A DNA stretch of 64,000 nt, from assembly GCA_002104905.1 (NCBI GenBank), contig MCFE01000028.1, forward strand, positions 1 to 64,000, read 5' to 3'. Below are positions 11,944 to 23,998 of this stretch, piece after piece. The notes beneath the pieces are model-generated. The model had not been told where the DNA came from, ran no database searches, and worked only from the letters and a program-made list of their open reading frames with translations. A program made the translations under genes and the position numbers. Numbering within the stretch: position 1 is the first letter of the stretch; the number at the start of each line of letters is the position of its first letter. The stretch is from Basidiobolus meristosporus CBS 931.73. Taxonomy: Eukaryota > Fungi > Basidiobolomycota.

Positions 11944-12412
11944 ATGACCGTCCCAACCGAGATCGAGGACTATTCTGATTACTCCGAGGAGGAGGAGGGG
12001 CTCTTCGACGAGAGACAGAAAGCGAGTGACATAGAGAAGTACCAGGAGCAAATCTACTACTCCGATCGGTACAGCGATGATCAGTTCGAGTATCGGTAAT
12101 TGTGTTGCTTGCTTCGCCGTGGATTCCAACCAGATAGCTAAGTCTGCTTTGTTTAGCCACGTCACACTCCCCAAAGCCCTGGCGAAGTACGTGCCTACTA
12201 GTCGCCTCATGTCGGAGGCGGAGTGGAGAGGTCTGGGCGTGGTTCAGTCACTCGGCTGGGAGCATTATTTGATACATGGTAAAGCACAACCTCGAAGACA
12301 CCCCTGAGGTTTTCTAGCCACTAACTCCCTATTGATAGCCCCCGAGCCACACATCCTCTTATTTAAGCGGGAGAAAGACTATCAGCTGAAGTATCCCAAC
12401 GGCAGACGTTGA
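11944..12412 (+). CDS. CKS1: Cyclin-dependent kinase regulatory subunit Cks1/Suc1 (exons 11944-12095, 12157-12278, 12339-12412); not called intact in the ORF track
   Basis: Spliced translation [106 protein letters not shown]. Confidence 0.96.
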
Positions 12413-12549
12413 CCTACACCCCCTGGAAGTGAGTCCTTTCTCTTTGTAATATACGTCCCCCGCACTCGTAATTGGAGAAAATGAGCTGTCTCTATAAATC
12501 GTCCTTTATTCAATAAATCAACCCGAGATTAACATTAGCCGTATATACA

Positions 12550-14343
12550 TCATTGGAACCTCCGCTTCTTCCGAGCGCTGGGCTCGCCTCCCTGCGCGTA
12601 CCGCGAGTTCACCAGCTGAGGCGGGAGCGGGGTGAGTTGCTTCGAAGATAGAGGCTTCAAGATATCCAAGAGTTCTCTAAACAGATGCTTGTGATCCTAC
12701 AGCAATTGAACGGTCAATGATTATCCTGCTGAGTGTCTGCAAGGAACGTACCTCGTTAATGAATGTGATGGACCACCCAGGCACCCCAAGCCTACCCGCA
12801 CGGCCGACCTGGTGAATGTACTCATCCACCGTGGTGGCCATGTCGAAGTTGATGACTTGAGTTACGTCGACAAGATCCACCCCGCGGCCCAACACGCCTG
12901 TGGACACCAACACCGGGTACTCGCCACGGATAAACCCCTGCAGATTGGCCGTTCGCTCCTCCTGCGTTTTGTTGGAATGGATGGCAGCGGCGTTCAGGTG
13001 GCATTTCTTGAAGATCGCCTGGGCCAGCATATCCGCACCGATCTTGGACTCGACGAATATGATCACCGGGGGTCTGAAGTACTTCGGGTCGTTTAGGATG
13101 GAGAACAGCTGCTTCTTCTTGGAGGGATTCTCGACCCACATGAACGTCTGCTTCACCGACTCGTTCGGCATTCTTGGCTTGCCTACGTTGATCTGGACCG
13201 AGTGCGGGCCGAGTGCGACCTTGGTGATCCGCTCGATGTTGCTTGGGATGGTGGCTGAGAACATGAGCGTCTGCATCGGTTGCCTTGCTACCATCTCAAG
13301 GATCCTCTGCACTTGATACTCAAAACCCATCTTGAACATTGCATCCACTTCGTCCATGACCAGTATCCGAATATTCGAAAACATCTCTTCATGCTGCGTG
13401 ATGATTTCCAGCAGTCTGCCTGGCGTCCCCACCACGAGCTGCACCCCCTGCTTCAAGCGATGGATTTGGCTCGGCATTGGCATCCCCCCGACAACCAACG
13501 CAGTCTTCATGTTCTCCAGTCCCTCAGATAGCTGTTTTGCCTGTCCCTCGATCTGGATGCAAAGCTCTCTGGTGGGGTTGAGAATCATCGCGTAAGGGCC
13601 GGAGCCGCCTTGGTAGTGTTTCGACAGGGCGTAGGTGTGTGCGATGGTTGGGATCAGATAAGCCCCCGTCTTCCCGGAGCCGGTTGGCGCACTGCCCAAG
13701 ACATCCCTACCCTCCAAAATGCACGGTATACTCTGCATCTGAATCGGGGTGGGACAGGTGTAACCGTGCTTTTCCATGTTCTCGAGCAGTCTGCTTGCAA
13801 AGCCTCCCTGGTGGAAATTCAGGATCGGTCTGGCCAGGGCTTTTCCCTTGGTTTGGATCTCCAGCTCTCTTCGTATATTCTTCACCTGGGTATCCGAGAG
13901 TAAGGCGACCTCGGGGTGAGCAACGTAGGAAGTGAGCTTGGCATGAAGCAGGGGAGAATCGACCGGTGGTAGGAAGGGTATGGGCAAGGGCGGTGGAGGG
14001 GGGATCTTGTCGGACGCGATCCTCACGTAGGGGGACGGGTTCGAGGATTCCAAGTCGCGAAATTTACACTCTATACTGGATTCAGGGATGGTTTAGGCGG
14101 GCGTAGTGGAAGGGGTATGGAAATCTCGACGGGAGTGTCGGTGGCTATTTACCTACAAACGTCGTGCTCGGTTTTGTCGCTCACGTATTCTCCGTATCTA
14201 CCACATATTATGCATACCGGCTCGCCGACTTCTGGCCACCGCTGTTCCTCGCTCCTCTCCTTTACATAGTCGTCGTCCGCCTCCGTGTGGTCTACTTCGT
14301 ATGGATGGTCCATGGTAGGCAGGGTCAAGGTATCCAGCATCAC
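12550..14343 (-). CDS. DDX59: DEAD-box RNA helicase DDX59-like with N-terminal zf-HIT (exons 14343-14153, 14075-12752, 12696-12550)
   Basis: [36 protein letters not shown] (DDX59 zf-HIT); Q motif [40 protein letters not shown]; C-terminal RKKRR NLS-like motif. Confidence 0.9.
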
Positions 14344-14568
14344 ATGGGTGCTTTTCTAGCCGGGTCCCGTGATCCAGCAGGAAATTTTCTCATCCGCATG
14401 ACTGGCCAACCCTACAATCACCTCAACCCCAAAATCGTCAGCTCCTAGACGCCATAGCATAATTGCTATAATCATCACCATCACCATCACTCGCAAGAAA
14501 GCTCGAAAATCCCCTGCGCCGTCAACCCCCCCTCTTTACCTCAGCTGAACGGTTCACCGCCGCACCCA

Positions 14569-15426
14569 ATGTTCCGTCCCACCCACGCCATTCGCACCAC
14601 CAGCATGCTGTTTCGGCCAACAGCCATCCTTCAGCGCGGTTACACGTCTAGAAAGAAAGTTACCCCGCCGATCGATGGTACTTGTTGAAAAGTCTCCTTC
14701 CCCCTCCGACAAAAGCGTTGTAACTAACCGCAAACCGGCCTCCTGTAGAGAAACTGACCCCTCCGAAAAGACCCATATCCGCCTATCTTCGCTTCCACCG
14801 AGACAACTTACTCAACCGACCCGTCAGCAAGAACACGGTGACTGACCTTTCGAAACGGATCGGGGAGAAATGGAACAGCCTTTCTGACGCGGAAAAAAAG
14901 GTATCCCCACCCACCCAGCCAACAGCCCCACCACCACCAACCATTCTCCCCCGAGTATTGTTAACCTTCCGGCCCCTCCCCAGGTTTACCAAGACGCCGA
15001 GAAGGAAGAATACCAGGAGTACCTGGTGAAATACAAAAATTTCATCGACTCCCTTTCGCCGGAGGATTACCTGAAGCTGGCGCAGGTTCGCAAGGCATGG
15101 AAGGCCCAAGGTAAGAGCTTCCCAAAGCTCAAGGACCCCAACGCACCCAGGAAACCGAGTACCTCGTACGGTATTTTCCTTCAGGAGAAGTACACCAAGT
15201 ACAAGACCGACAAAAGCACCGAGACTTTCCGAAGGATCGCCCAGGAATGGCGACAGATCTCGGATGCCGACAGAAAGGTGATCATTTCTCATGCCATCCT
15301 CCCCCCTTCCCCCCTCTCCTTCCCAGCTGCTAACCCAACCTCTCTCTTCCCCAGCATTATGAGGACTTGGCGGCTGCCGACCGAGCCCGTTACGATCAGG
15401 AAATCAGAGAGTATAAATTCAATTAG
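14569..15426 (+). CDS. Two-HMG-box mitochondrial nucleoid protein, Abf2/TFAM-like (exons 14569-14677, 14749-14900, 14984-15277, 15355-15426)
   Basis: Presequence-like MFRPTHAIRTTSMLFRP..; box A PKRPISAYLRF..IGEKWNSLSDAEKKVY; box B DPNAPRKPSTSYGIF..IAQEWRQISDADRKHYEDLAAADRARYDQE. Confidence 0.85.
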
Positions 15427-15498
15427 CCTAAGATTGGTGATGTGTGAATAACTTTAGATAAAAATAAATCATTTGCTCCACAATTTGTATTCCACCAG

Positions 15499-15650
15499 AC
15501 TCACCCTCACCCTCACCTTCACCCTCACCTTCACCTTGACCTTCACCCTTACCCTGGGCCTAAGCTTGACTCCGACCCTGACACGGCCGGACACCACATC
15601 AATCTTGGCCTTAGTTCCTAACCCAAACCCAAACCCCAACCAGCTTCCGC
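15499..15650. repeat. Degenerate hexamer microsatellite (CACCCT/CACCTT)n and (AACCCA)n
   Basis: About 11 hexamer units followed by CCTAACCCAAACCCAAACCCCAACC, downstream of the HMG gene stop. Confidence 0.8.
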
Positions 15651-16100
15651 AATAGGTGAATCGTGTCTCTAATAACATTAGCCACACAGCGGTGCCCCTA
15701 ACTCGGCTTCACCAATGATGTCCTGACCGACCGGACGATAAACTCTTTTCGGCGGAGAGTAGTCCAGTTGGCGCAAGAGATCTCAAGCCCAGGCAATCCG
15801 CTCGGTATGGATCATCTGAGTGATCGCGAAATGAGATGAAATGCACAAGGACCCGGTTGAGCGGATCGGATTGGGCACGCCCAGGCAAGATGCCGGAATC
15901 GGGAAGAGCTCAAAAAAAATCCCACCTACCAGGACTCGCATGGCCATCCACACTGACCGCTGCGTCTCGTTTTCGTCATTTCCTCGAGATGGGATCCATG
16001 GGGGGGGGGGTGCGTGGTACGAGGTATATATTGCCGGTCAGAAATTCCCCTCCCCTCTTCTGTCGTTCCCAATCGTCCACCCCTACCCCATCAGTTATCT

Positions 16101-17045
16101 ATGGAGAGGAACTTCATAGCCATCTACGACCTTTCCCCCGAACGTAAGATCCTTTACCTGTCCGACAGCGTTTACGACGTGCTAGGGTACACGCCAGATG
16201 AACTGATAGGTCAGAGCGGGTTCTGCCTGATCCCAGAGGAGGAGCTGCCCGGCATGCAGACCTACATACTCTACCAGGAGATCAACGACTCCATCATTTC
16301 CCTCCTCTACGGCCACAGTCGAACCAAAACCAACCAGCTCATCCCCATCGAGGCCGCCGCGAGCTGTTGCTACAACATGGTCACCTGTGTCATCGCCCAG
16401 GTCGACCCGAACAGTCACAGCGCCAAAGGTTTGGATTGTGTGTTTTCGAAGTTCCCTCCTCCTCCTCCTCCCCCCAACCCCCTGGCTAACGAGCTTTCCT
16501 CACCACAGCCCGCGCCGCGGCCGCCGAAAGCGTCGTCTACATTGACGACCATCCTAACGGTATGTTCAAAGGAGCATGGAAGGTATCGTGGACCGGTTCC
16601 GGTCTTTCCTCAACTTATCTGGTCAACCCCCGGCCCCCGTCCTCGCGCTAACCAGCTTGACTCAACCTAGGTGCAAGGCTCGAGCGTGAAAGAACTTCCC
16701 GACCCGGACATCCCCACCGAACCCATCAAACTCGAGCCCCGGGCCTGCATGGTGCTCAACCGGTTCACTCGTAAGCTCACCATCATGTACTGCTCCGTGC
16801 CGGCCTCCTTCATCCTGGGGATCAACCCGACGAAGTGTACCGGCGGCTCGTTCGTCTCCTACCTTCACCCGGAGGACTCGGACTACGTGGTCCAGGAGAT
16901 CGACCGGGTGAAGTCCACCTCCTGCGTGGCCCAAACCAAGTTTCGATTCATCTCGCCCACGAAAGGGGTGATCCCCGTGTCCCTGACGGTCACCGCCTCG
17001 TGTGACGGGCTGATCGCGGTGCTCCAAAGCGCGGCTCCATCTTGA
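16101..17045 (+). CDS. Small tandem PAS-domain protein (three exons; second acceptor uncertain)
   Basis: MERNFIAIYDLSPERKILYLSDSVYDVLGYTPDELIG (PAS1); EPRACMVLNRFTRKLTIMYCS..ILGINP..G.SF..YLHPED (PAS2); introns 16429-16508 and 16560-~16677. Confidence 0.85.
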
Positions 17046-20000
17046 GGGAGAATCGGGGCCGTCCTTTCCCCTACCCTACCCTACCCATCCATTCGTCTCC
17101 ACCCTAAACCCTATGCCCGCAGAGGCTCGATTCCACGTCATACCAATCTCCGCCCGATTCACCTCCGCCAATGGATGTACCACGCCCAACGACACCTGTC
17201 CCGTGCCTGGTCGCTCGAAAACCCCGTCCTGACGGATTGGAGAGCTGGTGACGTCTCCGGGCTGAACCGCTCGGAGATTAGGAGAGGGGGTCGTCTCGCC
17301 TGTACATCACCGAGTTTTCCTTTCCCAGTTCCTCCCTTTCCCTTCCCCTTTCCCTATCCCTATCCCTATCCCCACCCAATGCTCCTATCTCTCCTGTAAA
17401 TAAATGTAAAGTTCATCCATTCGGAACCTCCCTCCCCCCGATCGCCACCGCCGGACATCCCGTGTGGCTACCGACCGATCGACCCGTTACGAGGTCATCT
17501 TCGACCGCATCGGCCCGGGCCAAGTCACGGACCAACTTAATCAATAACCGGCCCCTTGGTGTAGATGTCTTGTGTCACCCGCGTCCCAAGTACTGGTCGA
17601 CCAATGGGCGGGAATTTCCGCCACCAGGTGAGAGATGATCGTTCGACCAACGCTACGTGAGGCTCGTTGGATCTGGTGTGGGTGGCGTCCTCATTGGAAG
17701 AGGGTAAACGGGTGTGTGTTTGTGTGTGTGTGTGTGTGTGGCTCTCATGTGGGTGAGGCCGACCTGGTCTCTCCCAAGCCCAATCCAGAAAGAGTCCCCC
17801 CTATCGCAACACGATCCACGTTGCTTCGGGAGGTCCGTGTGGACGATGAGCCCGCAAGATCCTCCACTAACCGTGATCCAGGGAGAATGATCTACACCTG
17901 TCCGCCACAACCGAATCATTGGCTCGTGTCTCCCCATCTCCTAAGCCTGGACGGGTGGTGACCAACGGTTTGTCCGGCATTCAAGATCGACATCTCCACC
18001 TAGGGGGCGACCAACCTGGTGGGCCCGGCCTTGCCTGGCCATCAATAGGTCCCACACACCCCATTTCTTTACGCCCCTTCTCACTTGTACCGGTATCGGG
18101 GCTTTCCCCCCATTCCGACTCATCCTCCCAATAGCCGTCCTGCGGCTCATCACCATCACCAGTCGGATGGAAGCGGCTTGGATCCACCTAGGCAAGGAAT
18201 GCGAGAATTCCCTAAGCCAGCGTGGGTTGGTTCGTCCCATGGAACCAGGCTCGCCCGACCTGTCTCACCTAAAGCCACATGAGGATTGTTCCTAGGCAAA
18301 TCCCTGGTAGGTTGTCTTGCTGGGTGGGCCAAAGTGGGCCAAGTACCAAAAGGTATTTTGCGGATGTTCAGGAAGGGATCATGGCAAAGGTGGCGGCAAC
18401 AGTTTGCATGTTTCCAAGATGCACATGCTGCCAGCAATATGTTGTAAATTTTGTAACCACACCTAAATATTCCCTTATGTGGGCCACCTGGACCGTAACC
18501 AACAAATCTTTGAATATCTCACCAGAACATTAGATACACTGGACATGAAACATCTGCTGTAAAAATTCGGAATTCCACCTAAATATTCACCTAACTTGGT
18601 CACTTGGATCATTACCTACAAAATCTTGGAGAACACCGACCAAATTCCTTGTTGGGATTTACTTGGAATATTTACCCAGTACATGAAAACCAGATAAGTT
18701 GTCCAAACAGCCCCAAACTTTGCACACATGTTCTTGGGACCTTCCTAAGCCTATTCTACGTGTTTGCTATGCCAAGACTATGTGAAAGCATAAATACTAC
18801 TTTTGAAGAAAGAACAAAGTACCTTTAACTGCATTTGCCCTCATGTCAAAGACAAATTGCTAATTCAATTCTCAGGAGCAAAAACAGCAAAGAATGCCTG
18901 GAAAGCATTAGAAGTCACCTGCCAGTCATGCTTAGCTGCTAAGAAGATGTATCTTAGACAAATATTCTTTACTACAAAGATGTTGCCAGGAGAAGTAATG
19001 AAAAATCTATTCAACAGAATTACACTGCTGGTGGATGAGATGGAATCCATAAGTGTACCTACTACTGATGAGGATGTGATAATTACAATCCTGAATAGCC
19101 TGCCAGATAGGTTTCTGGCCCTTGTATCAGCCCTAGAGTCCAGAACTGAAGATTTGACCTTAAATTACATATATGGAAGGCTCCTGGATGAAGGATTAAG
19201 AAAATCAAGTGCCAATAAGTAGGAAGAAGATACTGCTTTAATAAGCAGTGATAACTAACAAAGAAGGTACTCAAAACCCTTCAAAGGCAATAGCAACCTG
19301 TTTTGCAACTACTGCAAAAAGAAAGGACACACATTAGACCAATACTTCAGAAAGAGAGAAAATCAGCAAAAGAAACCTGAATATGGAAATGCGGCAACAG
19401 CAGAAGATTGACTTCTCATATCTGCTCTAAATATGACCACAAACAAGGATTCTCAGATGTGGTACATTGACTCTGGAGCATCTCAACACTTTACACACCA
19501 AAAATAACTTTTTACCCAATATCAAGAAATTCCAATTAAGAAGGTTTTCATGGGTGATAATAGAATACTTGACTGCAGTGGGAGAAGGAACTATCCAAGC
19601 AAGCCTTAGAAGCGGTGAAGGAGGCCATATGCACTGACCATTAAAGAAGTACTTTATGTACCAGAAATAGTCAGGAACCTATCATCTGTAAGCAAGGCCG
19701 CAGCAGAAGGACTCAGTTTCAGCTTTGACAATTCTGGATGCAGGGTCACAGATCAAAATGGTACCCATATTGCTTTGGGTATTAGGAATCAGAATCAATA
19801 AAAGTTGGCTTGTATTCCATCATATCTGAAAGTCAGCAGAGGTAACTGCAACAAAGAAGCACCAATGCTTTGGTACACAAGATTTGGACACATCAATTTT
19901 GAATATTTGTGCAAAATGATCAAAGATAACCATAATTTTGGAGTAAAAATTGATCCCCAGTCTAACTGGGAGCACCATGAAGCCTGCATACCTGGTAAGT

Positions 20001-21312
20001 AAGCTAGACAGCTGCTCATGAGCTAGTGGCTAATCAAAACTAAGAAAAAGCTGGATCTAAATCACTCAGATCCATATAGACCTATGCAAAATGTATCCTT
20101 AGGGGTGCCTCAATATATGAGCCAAAAAGTGTAAAATGCTTTTTTTGAGCTACTGCAATGAGAGTAAGGCAAACAAACTCTGAAATACCAAAGCAAAGCA
20201 GCTGATGAAGTCTGGGGATGTGTTGTTTGTTGAAAACTCAAATTTTTCACAAAAAATGGCATCAGATGATGACAAAAATCTGATCTCAAGTCAACCAAAT
20301 GCCAGATTTGAATCACAACAAAACAATGAGAGCTTCTTCACTGTAGAGGACCTGGCAACTGTGATTCAGCCAGAGTCAGTGCCCAGAAATACCCCAAATG
20401 TGGTCATTCCAGTATCACAAACCAGGAGATCCAACTGGACCAGTTATAGCCCAAATTACTATATCAATGAGGGTACAAACTTAGCCTATGCCAATTAGGT
20501 CCATATTGATGTGCCCCAGACTATAAAAGAGGCCCTAAATAGCCTGCAGACAAAGCTGTGGTAATGTGGAATGACTGAGGAGTATCATGCCCTGATGGAA
20601 TATCAAACCTGGGGCTTAGGCAAATTACCAGTCAACCAAAGATCAATTGGATGCAGATGGGCCTTTAAGACAAAATACAAGGCAGACAGTACAACCAAAA
20701 GATACAAAGCAAGACTTATGGCCAAAGAATACTCTCAAATAAAGGGACTTAACCATACTGAGACCTTTGCACTGGTGGCCAAGTTTAGTTCCATCAGATT
20801 TATATTGGCTATTGCAGCCAAATATAAGTTTTTATACATCAGACGGATATAAAAGCTGCATCTTTGAGTGAAGAACTTGATGAAGATGTGTATATGGTCC
20901 AGTCTGATGGGTTTGTTGACCAAGATAACCCCAATTTGGCTTGCAAGCTTAAAAACTCTTTATATGGACTCATAAAATTAACAAGAGCCTGGTAATGCAA
21001 GATAGACTCCTATTTAGAATCTTTGCGTTTCAAAAGGGGTAATGCTGACCGCAGTATCTACTATGAGCCAGGTAGAACAAATTTGGTTCAGTTATCTCTA
21101 TATGTGGACAATCTTATAATAGCCACCAAAAACCTAGAAACCTTGAAAGAGACTAAATACCACCAATATAAGAAGTTCAAGATTTCCAATCTAGGAGAGC
21201 TCAGTTACTACTCAGGGATAAAGTATTTCATAGACAAAATTACCCAGACTGTCACTGTAAGTTAATCCAAGCATATTCCAGTTATACTCAAGAAATCAAT
21301 CCAAGCATATTC

Positions 21313-21663
21313 TGTTGTAAGAGTCTTGGGGATATTGGAAGTGATTTGGGAGAATAAGTAGATTATGTGGTTTTCACTTAATGATTTATTGAATGTAAAA
21401 GTAGTATTGATACTTTTACATGGTCTTGGCATTATAAACATGTAGAATAGATTAAGGAAGGTCCCAAGAACATGTGTGCAAAGTTTGGGGCTGTTTGGAC
21501 AACTTTGAGAATTTTCATGTTCTGGGTACCTGGAATTTTTGGTGAAAATATTCTAAGTAAATCCTAACAAGGAATTTGGTCAGTATTCTCTAGGATTTGA
21601 AGGTGATAATCTAAGTGACTAAGTTAGGTGAATATTTAGGTGGAATTACAAATTCTTACAACA
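21313..21663 (-). mobile_element. Solo LTR of copia family B, 351 bp, TSD TATTC
   Basis: Ends TGTTGTAAGA...TCTTACAACA (10-bp inverted termini); TATTC at 21308-21312 and 21664-21668; reverse-complement match to 18555-18805. Confidence 0.92.
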
Positions 21664-22149
21664 TATTCAAGCAATATTAAACAAGTGCCTAATGAAATCC
21701 TGTAAACCCTATGAAAAATGATTGTGACAATCCCATCAAAAGGCTGTCACAGAGTTGGAGTCCCATGACTAAGAGGTAGTGATCCCATTAGGATACTATG
21801 CAAAGACTGTGGCAACATAATTGCTTTCCATTTTTAACAAAAAATTTGGTCAAAATTTCTCACCATAACAAATCAAAAGTGGCTTTTGATTGGTCCACTG
21901 CCAATTCTCTCACTCTCTAATCCCTGAAACTCAATCACCTCCTATGTTTGGGTATGTTGATTGGCTATTGCATCTTTTTCACATTCCTCACTTCATGACT
22001 CAACCAATTCACTTATTTTCATCCATGCACATTGATATATTTCTGCTGAAGCTTCAGTTGTACCTCAATTGCCAGTTGTGTTGACCTATACAAGTCCCTA
22101 TACCCTACACTAACATTAAACCAGCCCCACACTCAACAAGAAACTCCGT

Positions 22150-23500
22150 CAAAATCTTCCATTCAATAAGTATTTCTGCTGAAGTGCCATTATTCCACAA
22201 CTTTGGCAGGAAGCCTGCGGCTTTCTACTACTGCTCATTCACTTGTTCCCATATTTCCTGAGAAAACAACTTTTATCTTGTTGGTGATTCTTCTTGGCTA
22301 TGATGGGATTCAGCCTGTTGTGGGCTAACAGTGTTGATTGGTGAGAACTGCAGCTTTTTTCTCATGCGTCCCTGTCTCTGGCTTAGGTAGGCCTTTTTCT
22401 CTTTACCTTTACCTTTATTACTGCCAAGTCTTTCATTCCTACTTTGACTGAGTGCTTCTTGTATTGTACCTTGTATTCTCCTTGATAAATGCTGTACTGG
22501 TGCATCCAATCTTGCATGCTTGTCTCTTACCAGCACTCTCCTGGCAACCCAACATTTCTTTGCTGCTTGCTTGGAACTATCATTCCCACTTGTAACAGGC
22601 TCCTGAGAGAGCTGCAATTTTATCACTGTGAAGTCCTTCACTGTTACTGTGACTGAGTGCTAATTGTATTGAGCTACACTTTCTCCTTGATAAATGCTGC
22701 ATCAATGCATCTGGTTCTGCCTGCCTGTCCCCAGCTGGCACTCCTCTGGCTACCTGACACTTCTTTGCCACTGTTTGGAGCGTTCAGCCCTGCTTGTGAT
22801 AAGCTCTTGAGGGTGCTGCTGGCTTTTAGCCACAGCACCCTGGTTCTTCTGCCTTTGATAGTCTCTGCTATTCTTGATAACTTCTTAGCATACCAACACT
22901 GGACCAAATTCTATTTGCTTGATTGAATCCAGGATAATGCTTATGGAACAGGTCAAATGCATTCTGCTTAGCCATGAGCTCCTATTGGTCCCATAGTATG
23001 CCAGCTTGAAGGTGATGCTGTGCTAGACTTCAAACAGTCTCTTGAGTATTAGCCCACTCTTTGTCATTGACTCAATGGCATTACAGATCTTGACTGTATT
23101 TTGCCTTTCAGGCCTAGGTATAAACACAACAATCTCTCCCTCCCATGCTGTGATAGGCTTTTCTGTGGGCTTTATCTTTGGGCACTGCTGTTGTGTGTTG
23201 AAGACTGCATGGTGTGCCTTGGCTGTTACACTGGGAAATGCCTCATTTCTTGGATGTGTCATTAAGCCACTTGAGTTCCTTTTTAGCAGCAAAGATACTA
23301 CATTCTCTAGCTTGGACATTGATTGCTCCACACCTTTTATCCACTCACCCAGTTTCTGGACTATTACCTGACTTCTTTGGACTGTTGCATCTATCCTTTG
23401 AGCCCTTGTACCTAATTGCCTCATGAATGCTTTAGTATGACTGACAACAAACTAGCTAATGCAGGTAGTGGTGATGTCATAATGATCACTTGCTGATCTT
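22150..23500 (-). pseudogene. ORF2 of CMC element copy 1 (unknown function), fragmented
   Basis: Fragments RQLG..AQRIDA..QKL..PRNEAFPSVT..QQQCPKIKPTEKPITAWEGE, homologous to 39641-41387. Confidence 0.7.
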
Positions 23501-23998
23501 CAATCAGAGGAACTGCATTTATTATATTCTGATGTGCCTGCACTTTGTGGTCAGCTTGCGGCTCTAAAGAGATTCTCATTTACCTACTAGACTGGGAGCC
23601 TCAGGAGACCCCATTATTATCTTCAGTAGACACATTGACTACAGGGCCTTTTTTAGATGTAGTCCTGCTTGTTGCCTGAATGTCAACTCAAGGCATTGTC
23701 CAACAATTCTTCTGCTGCTGTTAATGTTGGGGTTTTCTTGGGAACTTGACAACTTTACTTTATTTTTTGGGGGCATTGATATGGAATTGAGTGGCACCAA
23801 AGGGGAAAGAGCATTACATATATGTGTGTAAGTGGTTCCACAGCATTATTTAAAATATGTACTATGGCATGTTATCATGGTATCTTACATTCTTGTAGGT
23901 GCAGTTTCTCAAATCTAAGACTGTCCTAAATTCACATTAATATTGACAAAAAAGTGATATAATTATGTTGCATTATTGAGTGTCAAACTGTTTGCCCC

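Noticed and set aside
9477-13935. Many antisense or alternative-frame ORFs over MGM1 and DDX59 (also over pirin, the LPMO and the PAS gene)
   Set aside because: Expected shadows of GC-rich coding sequence; no recognisable motifs.
14901-14983. U12-type intron in the HMG gene (GTATCC donor next to DDX59)
   Set aside because: The donor is GTATCCCC, not GTATCCTT, and the branch region ATTGTTAAC lacks TCCTTAAC.
15469-15687. ORFs of alternating V/K/R or T/L/F residues
   Set aside because: Translation products of the hexamer microsatellite.
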